In this document: in pieces, positions 1 to 11,126 of the stretch
Layout of the letters: every line of letters begins with the position of its first letter
Numbering within the stretch: position 1 is the first letter of the stretch
NCBI RefSeq assembly: GCF_022539665.2
Contig: NC_081333.1
Span: forward strand, 8,494,001-8,558,000
DNA length: 64,000 bases
Direction of reading: 5' to 3'
Source of the DNA: Daphnia carinata
Taxonomy: Eukaryota
Made by a program: the position numbers and the translations under genes
The notes under the pieces: model-generated
Told to the model about the DNA's origin: nothing
The model's input: the letters and a program-made list of their open reading frames with translations, nothing else
Databases searched by the model: none

Positions 1-447
1 GAGAGCGCTGTGGTTACCAGAAAATACATTATACATGACATTCGTTTGAAGGTATGGCCCCACACCGTCCGTTATTTAAATTTTAAGGATTTCCAAATTA
101 TTCTTTAATTTACAGCTATTTGCAACCACAAAAACTATTTATTTAAAAATTTTTGAGCCCCAATCTCGCTAACCTACTGACACTGGTAAACATGTGGTGA
201 TAGTCAGCGGTTCTCTTGCCAATTTAAGTCACTCCTAACTTCTGTTGTAATTTTTAAGGGATTGATTTATTATTCCTCTAGCCAAATTTGATTATTAAAG
301 GTAATTGGCCACTTGAAGGGATTTCATTCTTTCACAAACTTAAATTCTGAAAAGTAGAAAGTTCTCCATGTAGACTAAAGGCTTCTTGGATTTTATTATC
401 CAATCAGTGTATGTTTTACTTTATAAAGATTTGTTTCAATGCACAAC

Positions 448-3400
448 ATGGTCATAGAAAAGGAAAATATGGAGGGTTCTGCTTCCCTTGAAACAGCTAT
501 CCCGAAAAAGCGAGGGAGACCTAAAAAGGTATCCATCTTGGGTTATATTAATACAGAATAAATTTTGAATAGCATATGTTTTCAAAAGATCAATTTACCT
601 GCCAGCCCAACTTCTCCAGCTTTTCCTGATGTGAGGGAGGATGATGATCTGTCACTAGTAGTCAAATCTTCCAAGAGATTTGTTGAAAAAATAGTCGCTG
701 AGGATTCTTTAGTTGGAAAGAGTACCCCTACAAGACGTTCTGGGCGTCCCAGAAAGGTAATGTACCAATATCAATGGAGTACATTTAGCTGAGTAACTAA
801 TGTCAGACAAATTCATATTCTGCATCTAAGGGCACTTTACCAGCAACACCATCTTCACCCTTATGTTCTGAGAAAGAGGAAGAAAGTGTACTAGCAAAAA
901 GAAAAATTCTGTCTTCAAAGAAGCACAAAGAAATTATAGGTATAGAGGATTCTTTAGAGGAAAATGTCACCCCTAAAAAACGTGGACGACCCAAAAAGGT
1001 ATTCAAGTATAAGTTGCTGACAAATCAATTCGTTGATGCCGACCGGTTTATCTAGGCTGATTTACCTCCGACTCCATCTTCACCGTCATGTTCTGACAAT
1101 GGGAGAGAAGGAAATTTACCGGCAATCAGGTCGGCTAGGCGGTCCGAGCCACGGCCAAAATTTCTTGATCCATTGCTGGAACCAAGTGCAGAAAATTGCT
1201 CCGAAACACCAGCAAATAGTAAACGAGGAAGAAAACGGAAAGCCATGTCACCCGAAGATGAAATTACCCCAAAATCTCCCGTGAAAGTTAAAACCATACC
1301 GAATGTAATGTGATTAATCTTTAGATTTATAAGCTTATTCATAAACTTTTTTTGTAGGTTGTCTGTGGGGTTTGCAAAAAAGAAATGCCACAGCCAAACT
1401 TCACCTACCATCGATACGCTGTACATTATGGGTTAGCAAGACTAGAAGGAGCATCCCAAGTAATATTTAGCAACTCCTGATACTGGCTCATTGTATCTGT
1501 ATAATGGATAATTTTGCAATATGACTCTTTTATAGGTATTTACGGAAGCCGAAAAAACGCAGCAGTTGAAAAAAACTCTCGAAAAGATTAAGCGATTGTC
1601 TTGTTCCAAGTGCTCCACCAGCTTTACGACACTGTTGGGTTTTCAGTACCATCAGAAACGCTGTGGCGTTGATGCTGCCGATCTTCAAAACATGTACGTA
1701 TTATTTCTCATTCATACGGCAATTGAATCGATCTTTATGTTTTTGTGATATTCAAGGTTGAATGAGTGTACGATTTGCGGTAAACGGGTAATGGCTTTAA
1801 CGGCGCACATGAAGGTTCACGATAAAAAAACAGAAAACGTTGAAAGAATAAAAGCTGCGACAGCAGTACCAGCTCCAAGTCCAGGAACAAAATCGAGAAG
1901 GGTCGCCGCTCAAAAGTAAATACTAATTTGTATAGCACGAAGATCAAATACGTAATATATTTTTTTATTTAGAGCTGCCTCTCTTTTACGGGAACTCAAG
2001 GAAGATCTTGTGGATGGACCAACTCAGAAGCCCATTAGCAAAGCGGTAAATAAAAGCAAAACTTGGAATAACACAAAAAAATATATATATCACCGTAACA
2101 GTATAGCTTAATACTGTAATTGTTTTAGATAAAATTGTTCACGGAACCTTCAAGCAGTAAAGTTACGAACAGTATTATTGGAGCTTGGAAAAAACAAATT
2201 GACCAAAATTCCATAGCTCAGTGCCGGTACCCCAGCTGTCCTTTTAGCTCGGATAACATTGACACATTAAAGGAACATCATGTTCAATGCGAAATCGGTT
2301 CACGCTCCAAATGTTTCGCGTGCCTGAAGTGCGATTTCCGCTCCCAAGATCGGTCACAAATTCTAGAACATGCGCTTAATACCCATGTCACAGAAAACGA
2401 TGACGCATTTGAACTGAGTGGAGCTAGTAGCAGCAGCGAAGACACAGAATACGATTCGGACGCTGAAGGAGGAAGCGGACGTGACAGTGACACCGAGGAC
2501 CAAAGACTAAATAGAAAGAAAATCGTTCCCCAGAACACAAAGAATGTAGAGAAAGCCTACGGGTTACATTGCCATGATTTGCAGCAATTTAAGTCTTTAG
2601 TAACATCACAGCATATTCCAGTTTGGCTCGCGAAATTGTACTACGATAACGAGCATAGCTCTCCACAATTTATTGACTTCTGATTTGTCACTTTGTCTCT
2701 AGCCACAAGAAGAATTTTACGTGGGAAACTTCACTGTACGGGGCCTGGACACCGAATGTGCAAACCTGCGTGAACCTTCCGCCAAATTATTTCCCATCCA
2801 ATGAACAATCAGTTCCTTTTGCCCGCCGGTTAGTTACTTCGGGAAATTTATTTCCGACGAAAATTGACGTCACTCTGGAACGGCTTTCGAGGTTCCAAAG
2901 CAAATTGCAGAATGGTCGAATTCAACATTCTTGTTTCATTTGACAATTTGTAATGTTTTTGTTTGATTTTAGGTACGCCAATCTTTTTCTGTGGGGGGGC
3001 CATACAAAGTGCATCTTGGTGCCCGATGCCTGCAGTCGCAGACGTTGCCACTGTAGACAGAGACCAGTATCTAGCGTTATCAATATTTCACGAAGAACAC
3101 CGATTTAGAAGCGCGTCACAAGCTGCGTTTGCATCCGAGAACCTTATACAAATCTGGAACTGTGGAGCTCTTCACAACGCTATATACCCTCTAGTTGCCC
3201 CACATTTAGAAATTTGTGTCGCACATAACTATGGAAGAATTTGGTCGTTAGTTTGGTGTCCTAGCGGATGCTACGAAAAGGAAAGACTGGGCCTATTAGC
3301 GGCGGCTTGTTCCGATGGCACTATACGTATCTTCAGTATTCCAAACACTTCGCTGTCGACCAAAAAGATTAAGTATACAGAAGTCAGCTTTTTGCGCAGT

Positions 3401-4952
3401 GTACTGTGTCTATGACCATTTAAACGTTTCTTTAGCGAACCGTCGTTTTTACGTATTTGCCCTAATGCCACTCTTCGGTTGAATACCGCAGAAACGAGCG
3501 AATGCACTTCCCTTGATTGGGATTCGACATCTGGCCACAAGTGCGTAATTTCAATTATTTTTTACCCAGGATAGTTACATTCTTTTAATCTGTTAGGTTC
3601 ATCGTAGCCGGGTTCGCTAATGGTATTGTTGGGCTCTGGAACTTACAAACAAAATCTCCTCTTCTTTTGAGGGAAGACGGCCATTATCCTGTGTGGTCAT
3701 TTTATGCCCATTCTACTGTTGTTACTGGTATTTTGTTAATTATTCTGTGGTAATTCAAAAGTCTTAATTTTCGGTTTACATTTCAGCCGTGTCACTGTCG
3801 CCACACCACAGTGATGCGCGTTTTATAGCAACGGCTTCCACTGACCGTACCGTTAAGTTGTGGGATCGTCAAGACCTTGCTGTACCTATCAGTTGGAGTA
3901 AGCGGTCTCGTGTTACGGATATTAAATGGAGGCGGCATTGGCCTGGCATACTTGTATGCGTTGAAGACGTATGCGCGTGAGTATTGCTAACGTTTTTCAT
4001 ACCAGTGGCGCATTCAATGCTTTTGTGTATTTTTTTTCCAGATTATTCCGATCTTCGTCTGTGTTTTATGATTTCGGCTATACGGGAAATAAACAAGCAC
4101 TTCTTCCTCAGAACTCTGTCGTTTGGGTAGTACAAAATTTCTTTAATTTCTATATTAGGGATGGGCATTATTTTCTTGATTTTTACAGTCTTCTGCCGAG
4201 AACGAATACCTTGATGTCATAGCCCATTGTACCAGTGCCGGGGAAATCGTGATATATGCTTCACATTTGGCCGTGTTCGATTGTGATGAGAAGAAACTAC
4301 GAAAACAAAGAATTGTATGCAATATTCTATAGAATTCACGGGAAAATTAGCAAATGATAATTCGCTGAAACGTTTCCTGACTTTTTGCCAATAGTTGCTA
4401 TTACGAACGGATCTAATCGATGCGAGTGCGAAGAAAGACATTTTCCTCAATCGGATGCAAAAGAGCTACTTAGAAAGCTCTAAAAAGGCGCCTGAAATTA
4501 AAACAGAGACCCGAGAAAATCTTAATTATTCGCTTATCTTTAACGATGTCACTACAGTGAGTTACTATTTGTTTGTCGATTGTTGATACTTGAATGCCCC
4601 GGATGATTACTGTTATTATTATAATGTCTTTCTTTTTGTTTCAGCCTATGATCCGGACTATCGGAAATAGAAAGCAACCTCCTGTGATTAGCATCTCTAC
4701 CGAAAATATGGATGTTCATATGCCTTGCCATGATCCGTTGACATCAATCAATAAGGTAAACTAAGTTTTACACTGGCCCTATTATTTAATGCTGATACCA
4801 TGTTAAACCGTTAGATCTCCTTTAATCCCAACTTGGAATCACATGCATGGATGTGTGTCTGTGGTGAAAGTGGGTTGGTCCAATTATTGAAAATTAATTC
4901 CCCTTCGATTTCTAAGGTGACAAATTGCTATGTTAAAGAAATGAATAGCTGA
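448..4952 (+). CDS. GTF3C2: TFIIIC subunit 2 (TFIIIC110/beta, WD40) with N-terminal AT-hooks and ZNF512-like zinc fingers; multi-exon
   Basis: Hand-spliced with GT-AG introns. Exon 1 448-528 (MVIEKEN...KKRGRPKK), then 589-756, 831-998, 1056-~1304, and zinc-finger exons 1358-2637. The join at 2637/2703 stays in frame into WTPNV..NYFPSNEQSVPF. WD40 region: FFCGGAIQSASWCP, LIQIWNCGAL, HNYGRIWSLVWCPSG, RLGLLAAACSDGTIRIFSIP, ATASTDRTVKLWD. The last exon ISFNPNLESHAWMCVCGESGLVQL matches the GTF3C2 C-terminal motif as I recall it. TGA at 4950-4952. The start could instead be the in-frame ATG at 439. Confidence 0.88.
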
Positions 4953-5689
4953 TACGTTGACATTTGAAAACATGACCCGATAATCTTAAAAGAATTCTCA
5001 TTGCTTAAAGCATCTTGTTTTGGACTATTTTGAAAAAAAATTACTTTTTTGAGAAATACAACTCTTTGGTGCATCACAATCAAGCTGTATTGTCTTAATT
5101 TGTTGCGTGACGCACATTGTGATGCCCTGAAATGTCTGCCATGCGTATCAGAGGTGAGCTTCTACCATAAACGATACGGATGTTGGAGTATTTTGAATAA
5201 ATGCTGTCACTTAGTATCCAGTCAAACACTTGGTCAACAAGTTGAAAATACCTGCTTGTCTATCTGGTTCTTTATCACAATTATCAACCTTAGTTAAAAT
5301 AAACGTTCTTTTATGATTCCGAGCCTAATCCTATATGCCCACGACTGCTTTTCGCCTTTTGAAATTGTTTCTTTATATATTTTTTGAACCACCACCCTAT
5401 TTGCGACAGCGCGTGTCAACCTTGACAAACCTTTTTACACTGGAATGGTAGCAAATCCGAGAAAAGTATTCAAATTACTTTCAAGGGCAACATTAGTGCT
5501 ATTTCCATGGAAATTTTCGATTTTCTCAGCCCATTTTGTTTCTTACCCATCCTCTATGTCAGTATTACCCCACTGTCCTGAACATCAGTGGATATACAGG
5601 CTTCGGAGCGTACAGTCTACTGGCTGCTTGGTCATAATAGGCCAGTTTAACTGTATTTCCATCAGCTCTGACGCGTTACGTTGTTCGCC

Positions 5690-7514
5690 ATGACGGGAGT
5701 GTTTCTTCTCATTATTTCGTTATTCGGGAAAATATCAGCGCAGCAAAGTAAGTACCGATTTATATATGCCATTGATTGTTGAAAACTGTAACTTGTCTGG
5801 AGCAAAGATTGGTAAAAAAATTTATTTGAAATTCATTGAAGCCTTAGATTCGATGGAACGCCCAATATTTGAAGGTGAAACAACCCCGTTCCGAACAAAT
5901 TCGCGTCCATTGCTAGCTATCGATCAGCATCTTACGGATTCGAGTGGCCTGCAAGCCAAGCCGATTCTGGTGAATCTACACCAAGTTTCGCCATCATCGC
6001 TAATGATTCCGTTACCGCCACAATCTCATCCACAAACCCCTCCACAGCTTCCGCCTCGTCCTCCATTGCATATCATTCCCCAGCAAATTTCTCCATCGCA
6101 GAGACTGACACCTGTTTCGCCAAATGTACCTTCGATTCGGCAGCCACCTGAGAGCGAAGAATTACCTCGTGTATCTTCCCACCTTCAATTTCCAAGGCAG
6201 CCACTACCGTCGGACCCTCCAGGTAGGACGGTGTTAGCTCCAAGTTCATTGGGTGTTTTAAACCAAGATCGAATTCGCGTTGAGGGATTTCAGCCAATTG
6301 AACGAAGATTTATACCAACAAAAAGGAAACGCTCATTTGAGGTCCTGAGTAATTTAAATACATCTGATGAAGAGAAGGAAGACGAATTTTTGCCGGTTGA
6401 GCCTTCTGCTCGTAGGTTATCCGCACTCGATTTGTTTGACCAACGCGAATCTGATGTCGATAGCAATTTGATCAGCGAAGGCAGTGGTGTAGGTTTTCAA
6501 AATGTTTCACGTTCTGGCTACATCTCTTCCACAAATCTCCGGCCCGAATCAGGTTACCTAGCATCTGCCACACGACTTTCAAACGAGATCGTTAAACCTG
6601 TTATGTCGAAAAATCCCATGAATTCGCGGATGCAGCAAGAAGAAGCAGAGGAGGAAAGCAATGCTATTCTGGATCAGAAAGAGAGCTCTGGGTTTGGGGA
6701 AGTTTCAGGTGTGTCAGCTAACGAAGCAAACGTCACAGAAGCTCCGTCATTTGGGTCTGTCCTTGTATCTGAAGCTTCCGAAGAAAACAGCGAAGATGTT
6801 CCGTTTGAGGTTGGACTCGTTACTAACTCGCCAAATGCAAATGTTACCACGGGTTCGATCACGAATGTAACGTTCTCTACACTTAATCAACCACAGACAG
6901 CTGAAACGAGGCTGCCGTCAACCCGAGCCGCCGAAGGACTGTTTATCCCAACCGCTAGTTCCAATTCTGTTCCTTGTGAGTATAACACTTGACTTGTGTT
7001 AATATTATAAAAAAAAAATAATTCTTGTTTAGTTGTTCGTGACAGCAAATTGCTGCGGATTTTCAAGGAATATGCGGTTTTGATTGTTGTGTGCCTACTG
7101 GGATTGCCGGCCATTGTAGTTCTCTGCTACTTCCTTAACTTGAAGCGGGTGAAACGGTACAGTGGCACAATGGATGTAACACCAAGACAGGCAATTTGCC
7201 ATCACAAAAAATCAGAAAGGTATATCTTATATTCGCTTTTATTGGCTGTAGATCCGGTTAATAATTTTGTTTCTATACATTCAGCCGTAAAACCATTTGT
7301 TCAGAAGAAAATGAACTAGCCTGCTCGCCACCGACTTCGTCCTCGAAAACTCCTCAACCTCCTCCATTCCCGAATGGTAAAAAATACGTTCATTGATGCG
7401 AGGGGGTTTCCACAAATTTATATTCATATGTTTCACTGTTGGGTTCTTATATTATCTAATACATTACCAGGATTATGTGCATCCACCGCAAACAAGCGGT
7501 TTTTTTCAAATTAG
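5690..7514 (+). CDS. Uncharacterised single-pass type I membrane protein with Pro/Ser/Thr/Glu-rich (mucin-like) ectodomain
   Basis: Exon 1 5690-5747 encodes a signal peptide (MTGVFLLIISLFGKISAQQ) followed by gtaagt. Long exon ~5842-6975 is part of the 408-aa ORF. The exon from 7033 encodes a TM helix (YAVLIVVCLLGLPAIVVLCYFL) followed by basic residues KRVKR. Two small 3' exons end at TAG 7512-7514. Intron phases are consistent. Confidence 0.75.
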
Positions 7515-7810
7515 ATTTGTTAAACTTTATTTTATTTAATCATCGTAGTATAAACAAAATGTTTGAAATTGCTCTAGCCTCCTCTCTGAGATATTACGTT
7601 ACTTGAAAACAGTATGTAAACTCCTATTCTTTGACCTGATCTTTTGCAAATGTGGCTTTCGCTCATTCCGGAATTGTGAGCATTTACTGTTGCATGTTCG
7701 TCAATTTTCTAGAAGAAATCCAGATCCGCGAACCCTAGAAAAGCATAGATGCTTTGCATGACCAACGTAAAACAGTTTCCCTGTAAGTAAAAGTTCGAAA
7801 ATGAAAGAGT

Positions 7811-7849
7811 AGAATGCATATGCCCACAAGAATGCATATGTCCACAAGA
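7811..7849. repeat. 18-bp tandem duplication
   Basis: agaatgcatatgcccaca followed by agaatgcatatgtccaca (one mismatch). Confidence 0.9.
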
Positions 7850-8060
7850 TTTGGTCGCAACACGAATTATTAACGTTCAAATGTTTTTAAACTGAATGAA
7901 AGTCTTACATTGAACCTAACATGGTTCTTACCAGAGATCGACATGAACTGTTAGATGCCTTCTGTGTGCAAGTGCTATTATTGCAACAAATTTGTTCTTG
8001 CAACAAAATAAACCCGACTTTTCTTAAACTTAACGGTTATCGCCACAACTTTATTCGTCC

Positions 8061-8494
8061 GTTTTTTACGTTTATTTTAGAAACTTTAATGCTCACGCCA
8101 AAACAACCTTGATTTTTGTGATTTTCAATCAATTTGCAATCGAAATCATGTATTTAAAGTCATATCTAGGATTTAGCCAAAAATGAAAAAGTGAGAAGGC
8201 TATAGCCTTCCAAAATTGAACGCTGAGCTCGATTACGTAAGTGTTTTTCTCCTTAAACCAGTCGTTATTATGTTTTAATAGGAAAATCTATAGAAATTTT
8301 AAGCCCGACTTTTTAAGCCCGAGAAAAATAGGCCCGACTTTTTTGTTTTTTACGTTTATTTAAAAAACCATAAAGCTAATGCAAAAATGAACTTGATTTT
8401 CATGATTTCCATTCAATTTTGAATCGAAACCATGTATTTTAAGTGAAATTTAAATTTTGGCCAAAAATGTAAAAGTGGGAAGGTTTATGGCCTT
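8061..8494 (+). repeat. Diverged ~150-bp direct repeat (8061-8209 vs 8345-8494) near the outer arm end; mirrored in the right arm
   Basis: Both copies read gttttttacgtttatt...cttgatttt..gattt..atcgaaa.catgtattt.aagt...gccaaaaatg.aaaagtg.gaagg..tat.gcctt. A cccgactttt motif recurs at about 8013, 8304 and 8333. Confidence 0.85.
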
Positions 8495-8678
8495 ATGGCT
8501 TATAGCCTTATGGCAATCCGTTTTACACAAAAAAAAAAAATAAAATTTCGCCAAAAAAAAAAAAATCACACTTTTTTCTTTTTTCCGACACGTAGCCATC
8601 TACCGCTCAGACTCGTTATTACTGGCGTAGGCAATTTCAGTCCATTGGATTCCATTCGCAGTTAGTTCAGTAACGTGG

Positions 8679-9920
8679 ATGGAGAATAACGCGTGGCTGG
8701 AGGAACAATTGAAAAATGGATAAGATAATACGACAAAAGGATGGTAAGTATAAACATTATTATATTGGTTTTCAATTATTCATTATTTTTTATTAGATCA
8801 AATTATGAAGCTGCAGGCCCAATTATTGGAACAACACAAAATATTAGATAACAGCAAAGCTAAGGATGGTAAGGCCTAATACGTAATGATTCTATTTATT
8901 TGCTTTTATTCATTTGTGTTTTGTAGCTCAAATTTTGAGTCTACAAGCTCAGCTAGGGGAAAAGAACAAATTGGAACGGACCAGTTTCCATACAGTGAAG
9001 GAGGTTTTTCCAAACTCATCCCTAACTGAACATGAGGATGAATTGGCATTAGGCGAACACAGTCAGGTACCTAAACTTTTCAAATAAGAATTCAAAATAA
9101 GTATAGAATTTTAACAAACAATTATTTATTGTTTAGTTATTCAGTCTACCACCTGACAGTGTGTTAAAGTTTAATTCTGTTAGTGCTGCACTAAAAGAAT
9201 TATTAGTAATAAGTCCATGCAGCGAAGGAAGTGAACAATTGTGGGACCGTATTTGGGCTGAAAATGGGTGTGGTACGGAAACCCAGAAATAGCATGAGTT
9301 CAACATAAAACATGAATTAGGTACTTTTCGGTTTTTTGTCAATCGAAAAAGTATTTTTAATGCTATTATTTTGCATTCACAGAATTTTAATGGGGGTTCA
9401 AGTCAAGTCTGGAAGTGTTACAGAATGGAAGAGTGAGCCTACAGTTGAAAAACACTGAAAGTGCATTACCATTAAGGTATGAGGTAAAGTAATAGAGTAT
9501 GCAAATTGTCTAATGAGAAGTACCATCTTGTGTGAATGAATCCTGTGTAACAGCAATCCTTTATAGTTCTGTCACAGCTAGAAGCCTCAAATAATTCTGC
9601 TTCTCTGGCTAAAGAACAACTTGTCCTTTACGTTCAGAGTGTTGGTGAAGCTGGGTACTTAAATGGCCCTAAAGATGTTTCATTTCGTTGGCATTGCAGC
9701 GATGAACATCATACATGGACTTTTTAGGTATGAAAGGATTTTTCTTCAAATAATTTTGAATTTATGACAAAGCATTTCTCCTCCTTTTTGCCAACCAGGT
9801 CTAATCTACCAAAAAAATTTTATCCTATAGGAAAGGATTTTCATGTACTGGGAACACAACTATCAACAATGCAACATTCTAGGGGTGCTATTTTATCATT
9901 CAAGAGCCTTATACAATGAT
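8679..9920 (+). pseudogene. Disrupted intron-containing gene of unknown family (coiled-coil N-terminus) in the left arm
   Basis: TCAGT (Inr-like) at 8667 precedes ATGs at 8679 and 8716. Exons -8743, 8797-8868, 8927-9066 and 9137-9320 are separated by 53-70 bp GT-AG introns. They read MDKIIRQKD-DQIMKLQAQLLEQHKILDNSKAKD-AQILSLQAQLGEKNK...LFSLPPDSVLKF...EQLWDRIWAENGCG. In-frame TAG at 9290. Further exon-like blocks at ~9554-9727 and 9799-9920 carry stops or frameshifts. Confidence 0.7.
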
Positions 9921-10780
9921 TTTCATCTGCAATTTGTATGGCCTTTCCCAAGCTTCTGCCAGAAGTTGAATCTATAAGTCATGTAAGTCACATGAGCAAC
10001 AATTGAGATGCTTAATGGTGTTGTTTTTCTTTTCTCAATATAGGTTAATAGTAACATTGGATCTGAAAAGATTCTTGGTTGGGGCAAGACACTGAATAAA
10101 TTGTATTGATTGGATGGATGACATGACATTTCTATACTTAATTCGGATTCCCCAGACGGTATTTGATATTTAAAAAATTGAAGTGCATATCTGGGCTCCC
10201 TTCTTTTCTGAAGCCCCGTTTCCCCTTGACTCATAATAAGCCCGTAGGGGGTCATGCCCCTACTGTACGGTATATATAAAAACAACATATACCGAGGTTT
10301 GGAGGGCTCTGGCCGGAAAGGGGACGTGGGGTGCCGCTTAGTCCGATGATGTGTTCACGGAGGGCGATGTGGCTACCCACAAATCCGAACTAAAGGTTAA
10401 TCGCTCCTGTAAAAATGTTCCAAATCTTCAGCTCTTCTTCCGGCTTCTCTTAGCCAATCACCGGGTAATCTCCCCGGTGGGTCAACAAGGCAGTGTCTCC
10501 CCCTGCCTGGGTTGACGGCAACTTTTGAAAGGGCTATTGTGCCTTTTTAAAGTTGCAAAAAAATTGTAATGTGCAGAGAATTGTCAATAAATTTTTTTTT
10601 CTAAAATGTTTTTTGCAAAATTTGTTTCTTTCATTGTCTGTGTTCGCTTTGTTCACACATTATCATTATCAACTTTTTTTTTCATTTAGCTTGCTCAATG
10701 CACCTTTGGTTTTTATGCCACCTTTGTTGGTAAGCATTGTTTCCATTGGTTTATCGTTTATCTGTAAGCATTCATTTTTA

Positions 10781-10845
10781 TCCGGGGATCGAACCCTGGA
10801 CGTTCGGCATACCGCGCCGATGCTCTACCAATGAGCCATGAATCA
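10781..10845 (-). pseudogene. Degenerate tRNA-like unit 1 (A box and B box)
   Basis: Minus strand: TGGCTCATTGGTAGAGCA-TCGGC-GCGGTAT-GCCGA-ACGT-CCAGGGTTCGATCCCCGG. D arm, 5-bp anticodon stem and T arm are recognisable. The acceptor stem does not pair and U33 is absent. Confidence 0.8.
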
Positions 10846-10959
10846 CATGATGTCAAGTTGGTTTTTTTCTAGCCACTTGCGGACTTGCATTTACACTTTG
10901 AATAAAACTGAAATGCAATACTGCAATATTCTTTTCCACATTTAGATATAGATCTTTAT

Positions 10960-11030
10960 ACATCTACTAAGGTTTGAACCCAGGGTAACAGTTATCGCAG
11001 CTGAATGCTCTACCACAGGGCTATGGACCT
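10960..11030 (-). pseudogene. Degenerate tRNA-like unit 2 (A box and B box)
   Basis: Minus strand: TAGCCCTGTGGTAGAGCATTCAGCTGCGATAACTGTTACCCTGGGTTCAAACCTTAG. B box GGTTCAAACC is good; the anticodon arm is decayed. Confidence 0.7.
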
Positions 11031-11126
11031 TATGATAGCAATAGAAAGATAAACATATATTTGTGAAAGACTGCGTTAACATCCTAGAAGATAACATATG
11101 ATGTGCGATAATAAAAATTTTAGATA

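Larger units (their letters stand above)
8047..10697 (+). repeat. Left arm of inverted repeat (2651 bp)
   Basis: Reverse complement of 11343-13992. Differences seen: substitution 8954/13085, extra CG at 9276-9277, A7 (9811-9817) versus T8 (12223-12230). Confidence 0.97.

Noticed and set aside
9923..10288. 121-aa ORF present twice (also 11752-12117)
   Set aside because: The duplication is just the palindrome. It has no recognisable motif and runs opposite to the spliced gene remnant.
10358..10410. GAGGGCGATGTGGCT...TTAATCGC resembles the 5' stem of vertebrate 7SK RNA
   Set aside because: Both GATC motifs are absent (GATG, AATC) and the match is short. Probably chance.
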